DNA from: Candidatus Fraserbacteria bacterium
GTDB lineage: Bacteria; Bipolaricaulota; Bipolaricaulia; RBG-16-55-9
Assembly: GCA_037442925.1 (NCBI GenBank)
Contig: JBBIPG010000013.1
Span: 1 to 45,278, forward strand
DNA length: 45,278 nucleotides
Reading direction: 5' to 3'
The position numbers were made by a program, and so were the translations under genes. This document shows positions 27,154 through 37,319 of the stretch, one piece after another. How positions within the stretch are numbered: position 1 is the first letter of the stretch; the number at the start of each line of letters is the position of its first letter. The notes below the pieces were generated by a model, which saw only the letters and a program-made list of their open reading frames with translations, was not told where the DNA came from and did no database searches.

Positions 27154-29214
27154 TTGAACGCCCAAACCTATTTCATCTTATCAATCTCCCTGTATTTAGC
27201 TGCAGCGGTCTTCGCTGGCCTTTCCTATCCTCGGCCGAGTCAGAGCCGCTACGCGTATCTTCTTTCAGCGGCCGCGGCCGTGCTGGGTCTCATCTCTAGC
27301 GGCTTAGTCCTGCTCGGCCAACCCGCATTCCGGCTATCCATGCCTCTGCTGACCGCACTGACCGACCTCACGCCCTCGGTCAGGCTGTTTGAAAGTCTGG
27401 GCTTCCGAATGGATGAACTCAGTGCCTTCTTCGTCTTCGTCATCTCACTGCTCGTTGTGCCGATTTCTATCTACTCGGTCAGCTACACGCACGAATACCA
27501 AGACACAAAATCCGTCGCCCTGTTGGGAGTGCTCTACAACCTCTTCGCGCTCTCCATGATCCTTGTGGTTACGGCAGACAACGCCCTCCTTTTCCTCATC
27601 GTCTGGGAGTTGATGTCTGTCAGCTCGTACTTTCTCGTCACCTTTGAGCACGAGAAACCGGAACACGTGCATGCGGGTTTGATCTATCTGGTGATGACCC
27701 ACGTCGGCACCGCGTTTCTCATTCTGTCGTTCTTGCTGTTTTATCAGCACCTCCATTCGCTCGATTTCGCAGTCTTTCGTGCAGAAGCTGTCAGTCTGCC
27801 AGATACGGCGAGGACGCTCATCTTTATCTTTGGCTTGATTGGCTTTGGCACGAAGGCGGGTCTTGTGCCGCTACACATTTGGCTACCTTACGCCCACCCC
27901 GCAGCCCCTAGCCACATCTCGGCTCTCATGTCCGGCGTGATGATCAAGACAGCCATCTATGGGATGCTGCGCGTCTTCTTGGATTTTCTCCAGCCCGATC
28001 TCGTCTGGTGGTGGGGTCTCGTTGTCCTTGTGCTTGCTTCCATCTCAACGGTGCTTGGGGTTCTGTATGCGCTGATGGAGCACGACCTGAAAAAATTGCT
28101 CGCCTACCACAGCGTCGAGAACATTGGCATCATCCTCATCGGCATCGGGTTGGCTATGATCGCTGGCTCCCACCCAGAGTCTTTGGCCTTGATCTCCTTG
28201 GCGGCGCTGGCTCTCATGGCGGCCCTCTATCACACGATCAATCATGCGGTCTTCAAGGGGTTGCTCTTCTTGGCTGGGGGCGCGGTCGTCTCGCAGACGC
28301 ACACGCGCAACATCGAAGAGCTGGGCGGATTGATCAAAGGCATGCCCTGGACATCTGCCTGCTTCTTAATTGGTTCCCTCGCCATTTCCGCACTCCCGCC
28401 TCTGAACGGGTTCGTCAGTGAGTGGTTGACTTTTCAGTCGCTCCTTCTGGGGTTGCGTCTGCCCGAGCTCATTGTGAAAGTCCTCGTGCCTCTGAGTGCT
28501 GCATTACTAGCACTGAGTGGTGCTCTGGCGGCTGCCTGCTTCGTAAAAGCCTTTGGCATCACATTCTTGGCCCTGCCGCGCAGTGAGCACCCTCAACAGG
28601 CCCAAGAAGTCCCGGCAACGATGCGGGGTGGGATGGGCATCCTCGCCCTGCTTTGCGTTGTGTTGGGCATTCTGCCTGTCTTCGTTCTGCCCTTGCTCAA
28701 TGGGGTGGCATCCTCTCTGCTGGGACAGCCCATTAACGTCCTCTTCAGAGGATTCGTCCTTGCTCCGCTGGCTCCGGATCAGGGGACATTCTCACCCTTG
28801 GGGTTGGTGTTGCTCTTGCTCGTCCTTGCACCCGTAGGCTTAGGCATTGCCTATATGAGCAGCGAACTCCGGCGCCGACGGGCTCCCACCTGGGTCTGCG
28901 GCTTGCCGCACTTGAGTGCGCGAATGGAGTACACGGCCACCGGCTTCTCGAAGCCGATCCGGCTCACCTTCCGCAACATCTACCAGCCGCGCAGGGAAGT
29001 CGAGGTCGAAACCGATGTCTCTTCCTATGTGCGCCAGCGGATTCGCTATGAACTACAGATTGAGGCCCCCTTTGAAAAGTATCTCTACGGACCGCTCTCA
29101 GCAGGCATCCTCAAGATTTCTGGAACGCTTCGTCGCATCCAAACTGGCAGCATCAATATGTACTTGGCGTATATCTTCATCGTGGTCGTGATTTTGCTCC
29201 TGGTGGTGAGATGA
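27154..29214 (+). CDS. hyfB: HyfB-like antiporter-type membrane subunit
   Basis: WELMS, GFGTKAGLVPLHIWLPYAHPAAPSH, DLKKLLAYHSVENIG and PPLNGFVSEW motifs. Confidence 0.9.
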   Translation: MNAQTYFILSISLYLAAAVFAGLSYPRPSQSRYAYLLSAAAAVLGLISSGLVLLGQPAFRLSMPLLTALTDLTPSVRLFESLGFRMDELSAFFVFVISLLVVPISIYSVSYTHEYQDTKSVALLGVLYNLFALSMILVVTADNALLFLIVWELMSVSSYFLVTFEHEKPEHVHAGLIYLVMTHVGTAFLILSFLLFYQHLHSLDFAVFRAEAVSLPDTARTLIFIFGLIGFGTKAGLVPLHIWLPYAHPAAPSHISALMSGVMIKTAIYGMLRVFLDFLQPDLVWWWGLVVLVLASISTVLGVLYALMEHDLKKLLAYHSVENIGIILIGIGLAMIAGSHPESLALISLAALALMAALYHTINHAVFKGLLFLAGGAVVSQTHTRNIEELGGLIKGMPWTSACFLIGSLAISALPPLNGFVSEWLTFQSLLLGLRLPELIVKVLVPLSAALLALSGALAAACFVKAFGITFLALPRSEHPQQAQEVPATMRGGMGILALLCVVLGILPVFVLPLLNGVASSLLGQPINVLFRGFVLAPLAPDQGTFSPLGLVLLLLVLAPVGLGIAYMSSELRRRRAPTWVCGLPHLSARMEYTATGFSKPIRLTFRNIYQPRREVEVETDVSSYVRQRIRYELQIEAPFEKYLYGPLSAGILKISGTLRRIQTGSINMYLAYIFIVVVILLLVVR

Positions 29215-30191
29215 CGATGAACCTCACGGAGATGGCCATCAATACGGTGATCGCCTTGAGCCAGCTGGTGCTCTTTCTGTCGCTGGCTCCTCTGGCGACA
29301 GGCTGGATTCGCAAAGTGAAAGCCTTCATGCAAACCCGCCAGGGACCTCGTCTCTGGCAGCCCTACTACGATTTGGCCAAGTTGCTGCGCAAGGAAGTCA
29401 TCATCCCCAAGAACGCCTCATGGATTTTCACGCTCACGCCCTATCTCGTCTTTACAGCCACTTTGGTGATCGGGCTGCTCCTACCCCTTTACACATCTCT
29501 TGTACCGCTGGGTTTTCTTGGTGACGTGATCACGATCATCTACTTGCTTGCGCTCGCCCGCTTCTTTACTGCCCTCGCTGGCCTGGATGCTGCCAGTGCT
29601 TTCGGTGGGCTGGGCTCCAGCCGGGAGATGTTTCTGGCCGCCATCATCGAACCGGCTATGATGTTGGCGATCTTCACCGTGGCTGTGACGGCAGGCTCTA
29701 CCAGCTTGAGCTCCGTTGTAGAACGCACTGGTAATTGGGATCTACTGGCTCCCTCACATATCTTCGCCTTTATCGGGCTATTCATCGTCGCACTGGCTGA
29801 GACAGGACGCATTCCGGTGGACAACCCGGCCACGCACCTTGAACTCACCATGATCCACGAAGCGATGATCCTCGAATACTCAGGTAGACACCTAGCGCTC
29901 ATCGAGTGGGCCTCTTCGATGAAGCTGTTGCTCTTCATTACTCTGCTGGCCAATGTCTTCTTCCCGTGGGGCATCGCCACACAACTTACACTGGCAAACC
30001 TTGCACTTGGGCTGGGCATCTATTCGCTCAAAGTATTCGTCTTCGCGACGGCCATGGCTCTAGTTGAGTGTGCGACGGCCAAGCTACGCCTGTTGCGCGT
30101 GCCGGATTTGCTTGCGGCTTCGTTCGTGCTGTCGCTCATCGCGCTGGTACTCTACTTCTTGCTCGGAGGGGAGAGTCGTGCGTCTCTGTAG
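29211..30191 (+). CDS. hyfC: HyfC/HycD (NuoH-like) membrane subunit
   Basis: RQGPRLWQPYYDLAKL and AETGRIPVDNPATHLELTMIHEAMILEYSG motifs. Confidence 0.9.
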   Translation: MTMNLTEMAINTVIALSQLVLFLSLAPLATGWIRKVKAFMQTRQGPRLWQPYYDLAKLLRKEVIIPKNASWIFTLTPYLVFTATLVIGLLLPLYTSLVPLGFLGDVITIIYLLALARFFTALAGLDAASAFGGLGSSREMFLAAIIEPAMMLAIFTVAVTAGSTSLSSVVERTGNWDLLAPSHIFAFIGLFIVALAETGRIPVDNPATHLELTMIHEAMILEYSGRHLALIEWASSMKLLLFITLLANVFFPWGIATQLTLANLALGLGIYSLKVFVFATAMALVECATAKLRLLRVPDLLAASFVLSLIALVLYFLLGGESRASL

Positions 30192-30876
30192 CGCCGATTG
30201 GGGGGTACAGTTCGATCCGCTGCTTGTTGAGCGAATCATCGATGTGCTGGCTGCTTTTATTTTAGTGTGCAGTCTGCTCGTGCTCGCAACGGAGAGACGC
30301 CATCTGCACGTCCGACTCTATGCGGTCCAATCCTTCTTCTTGGCAGCTGTGGCCTTCAGCGTTGCCTTCTTCAATTGCGAGAGACACATCTTCATCGCCA
30401 CAGGACTCACGCTGATCCTGAAAGTGATCGCCATCCCACTTTTAATGGAGCGAATCATGCGACGCCTGGTCCCTCAGCACCCCGTGAAGCCAGCCCTCAA
30501 CGTGCCATCGTCCCTGCTCATCGCTGCGGTACTGGTCCTTGCTGCTGATTACCTCACCCGCAGCATCCTGGCTACAGGACATGAGTTTGAGCTGACACGC
30601 AACGTGCTAACCATCTCGCTCTCCGTCGTCTTACTCGGTTTACTAACCATGATCACACGCAAGAAAGCTCTCACGCAAGTGATCGGGTTTCTGACGATGG
30701 AGAATGGGTTATTTCTGGCGGGCATCGCCATCACGGCCGGAATGCCGATGATCGTGGAGCTGGGCATCTTCTTCGATGTGCTCGTGGCTGCGTTCATTAT
30801 GGGCGTCTTCTTGTATCGCATCAGTGAGACCTTCGACACCATTAACGTGGAGGAACTGACCCGACTGAAGCATTAG
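30178..30876 (+). CDS. hyfE: HyfE-like membrane subunit
   Basis: QVIGFLTMENG and PMIVELGIFFD motifs; GTG 30178 after GGAGGGGAG. Confidence 0.88.
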   Translation: MRLCSADWGVQFDPLLVERIIDVLAAFILVCSLLVLATERRHLHVRLYAVQSFFLAAVAFSVAFFNCERHIFIATGLTLILKVIAIPLLMERIMRRLVPQHPVKPALNVPSSLLIAAVLVLAADYLTRSILATGHEFELTRNVLTISLSVVLLGLLTMITRKKALTQVIGFLTMENGLFLAGIAITAGMPMIVELGIFFDVLVAAFIMGVFLYRISETFDTINVEELTRLKH

Positions 30877-30882
30877 CCAGCT

Positions 30883-32421
30883 ATGAACTTCGAACCCCTT
30901 TGGACCTCGGTTGAGTATGGACTCCAAGCTGCACAAGGCATTTCCATGTTCATGACCTTGCTGGTGCCTCTGCTAACGGCTATTCTCTGCGGCCTGATCG
31001 GGACGAGACGGTTTATGGAAGTGTCCAGCCTTCTTGGATCGGCACTCACAACCTTCTTTGGCATCTTGTTGATCCGCGAAGTATTGATCGATGAGCCCAT
31101 CCTTCAGCTGGGAGGCTTGCTCTATGCCGATGCTCTAAGTGCATATCTCGTGCTCATCGTTTCTGCGATTGGGATGCTGTCTTCTCTCTACTCTATCGGC
31201 TACATCGGCCATGAGTTTTCCAAAGGCGTATTCGGCTCAGGCAAACTGCGTGAGTATTACTTCTTGCTCAATCTGTTCCTCTTTACGATGCTTTTGGCAG
31301 CTGTAGCCAACAATCTGGGTGTGCTCTGGGTCGCGATTGAGGGGACCACCTTAGCCTCAGCTTTCCTTGTGGGGTTCTATGACCGTGAAGAATCTGTTGA
31401 AGCTGCCTGGAAATACCTCATTCTAGGATCGGTGGGGATCACGTTCGCACTCTTGGGAACTGTGCTCGTCTACTTCTCGGCCTTAGCGGCCTTCAAGACC
31501 TCCGGCGCAGCTGGCACACTCAACTGGACAGATCTCGTCAACCCCAGTATGGCGAGCCAACTCGATCCTCGCATCCTCAAGTTGGCATTCATTTTTGTTC
31601 TGGTTGGCTATGGGACGAAAGCGGGATTGGCACCGATGCACACTTGGCTGCCGGACGCGCATAGCCAAGCTCCCACACCCATTAGTGCACTCCTCTCCGG
31701 TGTGCTCATCAATGCAGCGATGTATGCCATCTTGAGATTTCATCATCTCTTGAGCGTGAGCGCAGTGGGCCCAGATTTCTCCTCGCATCTGCTCTTGATC
31801 TTCGGGATCTTCTCTCTAGGGATTGCTATTCCCTTCATTCTCGTTCAAAGAGACTACAAACGGCTGCTGGCCTATTCGAGCATTAAGCACATGGGTCTGA
31901 TTGCAACGGGCGTAGGGCTCAGCACGCCGCTCGCAATCTACGGTGCGCTACTCCACGCCTTGAATCATGCCCTGGCCAAAACCATGATCTTTATGAGCGC
32001 AGGCAATCTTTTCCTCAAGTACCAGACGAAGGAGATCAGTCTCGTCCAGGGTGCGACCAAGGTCATGCCCGCAACCGGCGTGCTGCTGCTGCTGGGCACG
32101 CTCGCCATCACGGGCGTCCCTCCGTTCAACCTCTTCATCAGCGAGTTCCTCATCTTGAGTGGCAGCTTTTCCAGTAAGAGCTTTCTGGTCGGCAGCTTGA
32201 TCTTGCTCTTTATCGTCGCAGCGTTTGCTGGGTTCGTCCACCATCTGAACCAGATGGCCTTCGGTACGCCGAAAGACCATTTGCCATCGGGCGAAGAGAA
32301 TCCGTCCGGTCTGTTGCCTTTGGCGATTCTGCTGGTACTCGTCCTGCTGCTGGGCGTGTACATCCCTGGCCCCTTGCACGAGCTTCTCCAGCAAGCCGCG
32401 AAGGTCGTGAGACCCCAATGA
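30883..32421 (+). CDS. hyfF: HyfF-like antiporter-type membrane subunit
   Basis: WVAIEGTTLAS, EAAWKY, GYGTKAGLAPMHTWLPDAHSQAP and KRLLAYSS motifs. Confidence 0.9.
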   Translation: MNFEPLWTSVEYGLQAAQGISMFMTLLVPLLTAILCGLIGTRRFMEVSSLLGSALTTFFGILLIREVLIDEPILQLGGLLYADALSAYLVLIVSAIGMLSSLYSIGYIGHEFSKGVFGSGKLREYYFLLNLFLFTMLLAAVANNLGVLWVAIEGTTLASAFLVGFYDREESVEAAWKYLILGSVGITFALLGTVLVYFSALAAFKTSGAAGTLNWTDLVNPSMASQLDPRILKLAFIFVLVGYGTKAGLAPMHTWLPDAHSQAPTPISALLSGVLINAAMYAILRFHHLLSVSAVGPDFSSHLLLIFGIFSLGIAIPFILVQRDYKRLLAYSSIKHMGLIATGVGLSTPLAIYGALLHALNHALAKTMIFMSAGNLFLKYQTKEISLVQGATKVMPATGVLLLLGTLAITGVPPFNLFISEFLILSGSFSSKSFLVGSLILLFIVAAFAGFVHHLNQMAFGTPKDHLPSGEENPSGLLPLAILLVLVLLLGVYIPGPLHELLQQAAKVVRPQ

Positions 32422-34016
32422 GTCATCAAGTGCAAGCAGTCATTACGGAGTTACGTCGTGAATTCGGAGAGCGCCTGGACGGGTTGAATGCCATTCATGG
32501 GAACGAGATCTACTGCGATCTACGAACCAACAACCTGGACTGGCTACCTAGAATGTGCACGTTTGTGCACCACAAATGGCATGCCTCGTTTGTCTGTGCT
32601 TGGGCTTCCGATGAACGGGAGCGCGAGGGTATCTATGGCCTGCACTATCTCTTCTCGCTCGATCCGCAAGATCTCTTCATCATCATACGCGCTGCGGTAC
32701 CGCCCGAACTCCCAGAATTTCCCTCCGTAGCTGCACACTTGATCGCAGCCAACTGGGCCGAACGTGAGATCCGAGATGCCTTTGGCCTCGTACCTCTTGA
32801 CCACCCTAACCCAAAACGTCTCTGGGCTCACCCCGACTGGCCACCCCATGCTTTCCCCATGCGCAAGGATTTCCCGCTCAACTCCCAGCCCCAGCGAGTA
32901 GAGGGAGACTTTGAGTTCCACCGAGTCGAGGGGGAAGGGGTCTTTGAGATTCCCGTCGGCCCCGTGCATGCAGGCATCATCGAGCCCGGTCATTTTCGAT
33001 TTAGCGTTGCGGGCGAGCCTATCATCAGCCTTCAAGTACAGCTCTTCTACACCCACAAGGCAACGGAAAAACTCTGCGAGGGTCTTCCGTTGGAGAGAGC
33101 CCTGCACGTTTCCGAGCGCATTTCGGGAGATTCTTCCTTTGCTCACTCAGCGGCCTTCTGTCACGCCGTCGAACGCTTAGCGGGCATTGCGATCCCTGAG
33201 CGAGCGCAATATCTGCGAATGCTCTATCTAGAGCTAGAGCGCATGTACAACCACTTGAGCGACATCGGCATGATCGCGAATGACATGGCATTTCTTATTG
33301 GCTATGCCCACGCCATGCGCGTGCGCGAGCACATGATGGTGCTGAGTGAGAAGCTCACAGGCAGTCGACTTCTACGGGGGATGAACACCCTCGGAGGGGT
33401 CCGGCGCGATCTGCCTGAGGCTCTCTTCTCCTCGATTCTCTCCACGCTCATGATGGTTCACAAGGAACTCAAAGAACTGGCGGATCTGCTCTTCACCAGC
33501 GCCTCTGTCATGGACAGGCTGGAGACGACGGGCGTGCTCACCCAGAAGACAGCACGGGATATTGGTATCGTGGGTATCGCTGCCCGTGCTTCCGGCCTCG
33601 ACCGAGATTTCCGGCGCGATCACCCACACCTGCAATATCAGCGCATTCCATTCAAAGTTCCTGTCTATGAGAGTGGGGATGTGTATGCACGAACGCGGAT
33701 TCGCGTGGATGAGGTGTTCGAATCGATCCAGATCATCGAGCAAGTCTTAAATCTCATGCGACCAGGACCCATTCGTGTGCCTGTCGAAAAGATCCCGGGC
33801 AACGCCCACGCATTGGGCTATGCAGAGGGCTGGCGTGGTCCGATTGTGCACGCGATCCAGACGGACGCAGAGGGGCGAATCTCCCGCTACAAGATCGATG
33901 ACCCCTCATTTCACAATTGGCCGGCATTAGTCTTTGCGGTTCAGGGCAACATCGTCCCGGATTTTCCGCTGATCAACAAGAGCTTCAATCTCTCATACTC
34001 TGGCAATGACCGTTAG
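32418..34016 (+). CDS. hyfG: HyfG/HycE-like (NuoCD) large subunit lacking [NiFe] cysteine ligands (Ehr type)
   Basis: GPVHAGIIEPGHFRF and DPSFHNWP motifs. The L1 site reads ERISGDS and the C-terminus NKSFNLSYSGNDR, with no CxxC pairs. Confidence 0.88.
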   Translation: MSHQVQAVITELRREFGERLDGLNAIHGNEIYCDLRTNNLDWLPRMCTFVHHKWHASFVCAWASDEREREGIYGLHYLFSLDPQDLFIIIRAAVPPELPEFPSVAAHLIAANWAEREIRDAFGLVPLDHPNPKRLWAHPDWPPHAFPMRKDFPLNSQPQRVEGDFEFHRVEGEGVFEIPVGPVHAGIIEPGHFRFSVAGEPIISLQVQLFYTHKATEKLCEGLPLERALHVSERISGDSSFAHSAAFCHAVERLAGIAIPERAQYLRMLYLELERMYNHLSDIGMIANDMAFLIGYAHAMRVREHMMVLSEKLTGSRLLRGMNTLGGVRRDLPEALFSSILSTLMMVHKELKELADLLFTSASVMDRLETTGVLTQKTARDIGIVGIAARASGLDRDFRRDHPHLQYQRIPFKVPVYESGDVYARTRIRVDEVFESIQIIEQVLNLMRPGPIRVPVEKIPGNAHALGYAEGWRGPIVHAIQTDAEGRISRYKIDDPSFHNWPALVFAVQGNIVPDFPLINKSFNLSYSGNDR

Positions 34017-34025
34017 GAGGTAGGT

Positions 34026-34850
34026 ATGCTGAAGATTCTGCGCAAGACGCTCAAGACGGGCCGCGTTACGACTCAGTACCCTTTGAAGCTGGCTGAGCCC
34101 CCGGAGGGCTTGTTGGGCAAGCCGGTGATTGATTTTACTAAAGCAGATTTGGGAAAGTTGAGGCTTGCGGAAAGCGTCTGTCCTACGCGAGCCATCACCA
34201 TGGAAACCGACGGTGCGAAAAGCATTGTGAAGCTCTCCTACGCCAGCTGCATCTTTTGCGGTCGATGCGCAGAAGCGTATCCGGAAGCCATCCGCATAAC
34301 CAAAGAGTTTGAGCTGGCTGCCCCTCTGAAAGAGCATCTGGTAAGGAGTGCGCAGTTCGTGGCTGGCAAACTCGTCCTGGTAGATGTGCCGCCACGGCAG
34401 CCCAACTTAGAGGAATTGGGTGAGCGGGCTAAGAAAGAAATCTACAGAGTCTTTGGGCGATCTCTACACATTCGCCAAGTCGACGCGGGTTCCTGCAACG
34501 GCTGCGAGCTGGAGATTTCCGCCATGAACAATCCCGTTTACGATCTGGAACGGTTCGGCTTACACTTCGTCGCTTCGCCGCGCCATGCGGACATGCTTCT
34601 GGTGACGGGACCTGTGACACGCAACATGGAGATCGCACTCCAGCAGACGTATGAAGCCACACCCGCACCCAAACTTGTCGTAGCCGTCGGTGCTTGTGCG
34701 TGCAGTGGGGGAATCTTCGCCGAAAGCTACGCGAGCCGAGGCGGCGTGGACAAAGTCATCCCCGTGGACGTCTATATTCCGGGTTGCCCCCCACGGCCTC
34801 AAGCTATACTACAAGGGACCTTGCTGGCGATCCGGCAGATGAAGAGTTGA
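34026..34850 (+). CDS. hyfI: Fused ferredoxin (HyfH/NuoI-like) and NuoB/HyfI-like small subunit
   Basis: CIFCGRC motif, then GSCNGCE, SPRHAD, GACA and IPGCPP. Confidence 0.87.
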   Translation: MLKILRKTLKTGRVTTQYPLKLAEPPEGLLGKPVIDFTKADLGKLRLAESVCPTRAITMETDGAKSIVKLSYASCIFCGRCAEAYPEAIRITKEFELAAPLKEHLVRSAQFVAGKLVLVDVPPRQPNLEELGERAKKEIYRVFGRSLHIRQVDAGSCNGCELEISAMNNPVYDLERFGLHFVASPRHADMLLVTGPVTRNMEIALQQTYEATPAPKLVVAVGACACSGGIFAESYASRGGVDKVIPVDVYIPGCPPRPQAILQGTLLAIRQMKS

Positions 34851-34864
34851 AGTTGCTCAGTCAA

Positions 34865-36154
34865 TTAGCTTTTCCCAAAGAATCGCTGGAAAATCACATC
34901 GACGTGCGTGAGGTGATACTCCACGTTGAAGAGTTCTGCCAATTCTTCGGGGCTAAGATACCTGCAAATTTCCTTCTCTTGCGTCAAGAGATCTTGGAGA
35001 TGTTTTCCGCTTGTCTCACTCTCGATGGCTTTCGCGCGGAGAAGCTCATGGGCTTCCACACGTGGCATACCTTTGTCAATGAGCTTCAAAAGCACAGCTT
35101 GAGAGAAGACGACCCCGCGACTCATCTCCAGGTTCTCCCTCATGCGCTTGGCGTCCACACGCAGATTCGCGATCACTTTTGTCATCGAGCGCAGCATGTA
35201 GTGCAGAGCCAGGAAGCTATCCGGGATGATCACCCGCTCCACCGCGGAGCGAGAGAGGTCTTGTTCATGCCAGATGGGCATATTCTCGAGTGCTGCCAAT
35301 GCATTCACCCGCACGAGGCGAGCCAATCCAGAGACCGTCTCGCTCGTAGAGGGGTTCTGCTTGTGAGGCATCGAAGATGAGCCGTGCGGAGCACCCTCAC
35401 GCACCTCGCGGATCTCCGTGCGATGGAGATTGCGAATCTCAATCGCCATCTTTTCTAGCGTCCCAGCCGTGATTGCCAGCGTCGTCAGCACGTGGGCGTG
35501 TCGGTCTCGCTGCAGCGGCTGGCTTGAGATGAGCACAGGCTGTAAGCCAAGTTGAGCACAGACCCTTCTCTCCACTTCTGGATCGACATGCGCATACGTC
35601 CCGACAGACCCCGAGATCTTTCCCACAGAGATGATCTCTTGAGCTGCCTCGAGACGTCGCAGGTCGCGCTGGAGCTCTGCATACCAGATGAGCAGTTTGA
35701 GCCCGAAGGTGATCGGCTCTGCATGCATGCCGTGGGTGCGTCCCACCATCAGTGTATGCCGGTGCTCCCCTGCTCGCTGCCTGACGATGTCTAGCAACTT
35801 GTGGAGCTCATCTTTCACGATGCCCAGGGCTTGTCGCATGACCAGCGAGAGGGCGGTATCGACAACATCGTATGACGTGAGCCCCCTGTGAATATATCTC
35901 CCTGCGGTGCCCACGCTCTCTTCCAGCGAGCGCACGAACGCAAGCACATCGTGGCCGATCCGATCTTCGATCTCCTTCACTCTTGCTGGGTCCAGTCGAG
36001 CTTTCTGGCGGATCGTCTGGGCTGCCTCTTTCGGGATCTGCCCCAGTTCGGCAAGGGCATCCGCAACCGCAAGCTCCACTTTGAGCCAACGTTCATACTT
36101 TGCCTCTTCCGTCCAAAGCTCTCTCATCGGTGAGAGCGAATAGCGTTCGATCAT
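34865..36154 (-). CDS. purB: Adenylosuccinate lyase
   Basis: MIERYS, GRTHGMHAEP, GKISGSVGTY and GSSSMPHKQNP motifs. Confidence 0.96.
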   Translation of the reverse strand: MIERYSLSPMRELWTEEAKYERWLKVELAVADALAELGQIPKEAAQTIRQKARLDPARVKEIEDRIGHDVLAFVRSLEESVGTAGRYIHRGLTSYDVVDTALSLVMRQALGIVKDELHKLLDIVRQRAGEHRHTLMVGRTHGMHAEPITFGLKLLIWYAELQRDLRRLEAAQEIISVGKISGSVGTYAHVDPEVERRVCAQLGLQPVLISSQPLQRDRHAHVLTTLAITAGTLEKMAIEIRNLHRTEIREVREGAPHGSSSMPHKQNPSTSETVSGLARLVRVNALAALENMPIWHEQDLSRSAVERVIIPDSFLALHYMLRSMTKVIANLRVDAKRMRENLEMSRGVVFSQAVLLKLIDKGMPRVEAHELLRAKAIESETSGKHLQDLLTQEKEICRYLSPEELAELFNVEYHLTHVDVIFQRFFGKS

Positions 36155-37269
36155 GGCCGACCTCCCGCCTCACAGTAGTCCAAATAACCCTGATACACAA
36201 CATCGACCCCCACCGGGTAGACGGAACAGTCTTTCAGGCGAAGCGCGTGCTTCATGGTCTCAATGCCCTCTCCGCCCACGGGCGTGGGTGCTTCTCGGCC
36301 ACCGACGATCTTAGGAGCAATGATGAACATGAGCTTATCCATCAATCGCTCACGCAGAAAAGCCTCTGCCACGGTCGCGCCTCCCTCGATGAGCAGACTG
36401 TCAATCTGAGAAGCTCCCAGCTTCTTCAACAAAGCCTGCAGATCCACTCGACCGTCTTGGTTCGCCGGCATACGCCATATTTGAACATGCTGACAGCTGC
36501 TCTTGAGTTGTCGTTCTTTCTCTTCTGACATCCGGCATGTAGCGATGATCGTCGGAGCCTCACTCTTCACATGAAGAAGGGCAGCCTGCAAAGGAATGCG
36601 ACCCTGGGAGTCCAGCACGATTCTCATGGGATCTCGCCCCCGGATACGGCGGACTGTAAGCTGCGGATCATCGTGAAGTACCGTCCCGATCCCTACGAGC
36701 ACTGCGGCGTAGCGCGCCCGCAACCGATGGGCCAACGTGAGCGCTTCACCCGAAGAGACCCATTGAGAATCTCCAGTACGGGTCGCGATCTTGCCATCGG
36801 CCGTCATGGCCATCTTAAGAAGCACAAAGGGCATACCGGTTGTGGCATACTTGATACGGATCTCATTCAGTTGCTGCGCTTCTTTTACGAGAACGCCTTC
36901 GATGACTTCGATGCCGGCTTGTTGGAGTTGTGCAATCCCCCGCCCATTGACTTCGGGAGTGGGATCGCGCGTGGCGATAATCACCCGACGGATACCGCTA
37001 CGAATGATCCCATCCACACAGGGTGGATTGCGTTTGCCAGGATACGAGACGCAGGGCTCCCAATTGACGTAGAGTTCAGCCTCTTGAGCTGCGCTCCCGG
37101 CTTGTTGGATAGCGAGCGCCTCCGCATGGGGACCGCCGAACTTTGGGTGATATGCCTCCCCTACGATCTTGCCATCTTTGACAATAACAGCTCCCACCAG
37201 CGGATTGGGATTGACATGCCCCACTCCCCGTTCGGCCAACTCCAAGACCCGACGCATGAACTGCTCCAT
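36151..37269 (-). CDS. ribD: Bifunctional riboflavin deaminase/reductase
   Basis: PNPLVGAV, HAE, EPC..PPC, DGKIA and LIEGG motifs. Confidence 0.95.
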   Translation of the reverse strand: MEQFMRRVLELAERGVGHVNPNPLVGAVIVKDGKIVGEAYHPKFGGPHAEALAIQQAGSAAQEAELYVNWEPCVSYPGKRNPPCVDGIIRSGIRRVIIATRDPTPEVNGRGIAQLQQAGIEVIEGVLVKEAQQLNEIRIKYATTGMPFVLLKMAMTADGKIATRTGDSQWVSSGEALTLAHRLRARYAAVLVGIGTVLHDDPQLTVRRIRGRDPMRIVLDSQGRIPLQAALLHVKSEAPTIIATCRMSEEKERQLKSSCQHVQIWRMPANQDGRVDLQALLKKLGASQIDSLLIEGGATVAEAFLRERLMDKLMFIIAPKIVGGREAPTPVGGEGIETMKHALRLKDCSVYPVGVDVVYQGYLDYCEAGGRP

Positions 37270-37278
37270 GGACTTGGG

Positions 37279-37307
37279 AGCATAGGCGATAATGCAATGC
37301 CATTCAA
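37279..37307 (-). promoter_or_regulatory. Putative promoter giving a near-leaderless ribD transcript
   Basis: TTGAAT-N17-TATGCT-N9-ATG(37269) with no SD. Confidence 0.45.
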
Positions 37308-37319
37308 GCCAGGACGTTG

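Noticed and set aside
32418..34016. Annotation as a functional [NiFe] hydrogenase-4 or formate hydrogenlyase
   Set aside because: All four Ni-binding cysteines are missing, and no fdhF or hyp genes are in the window.
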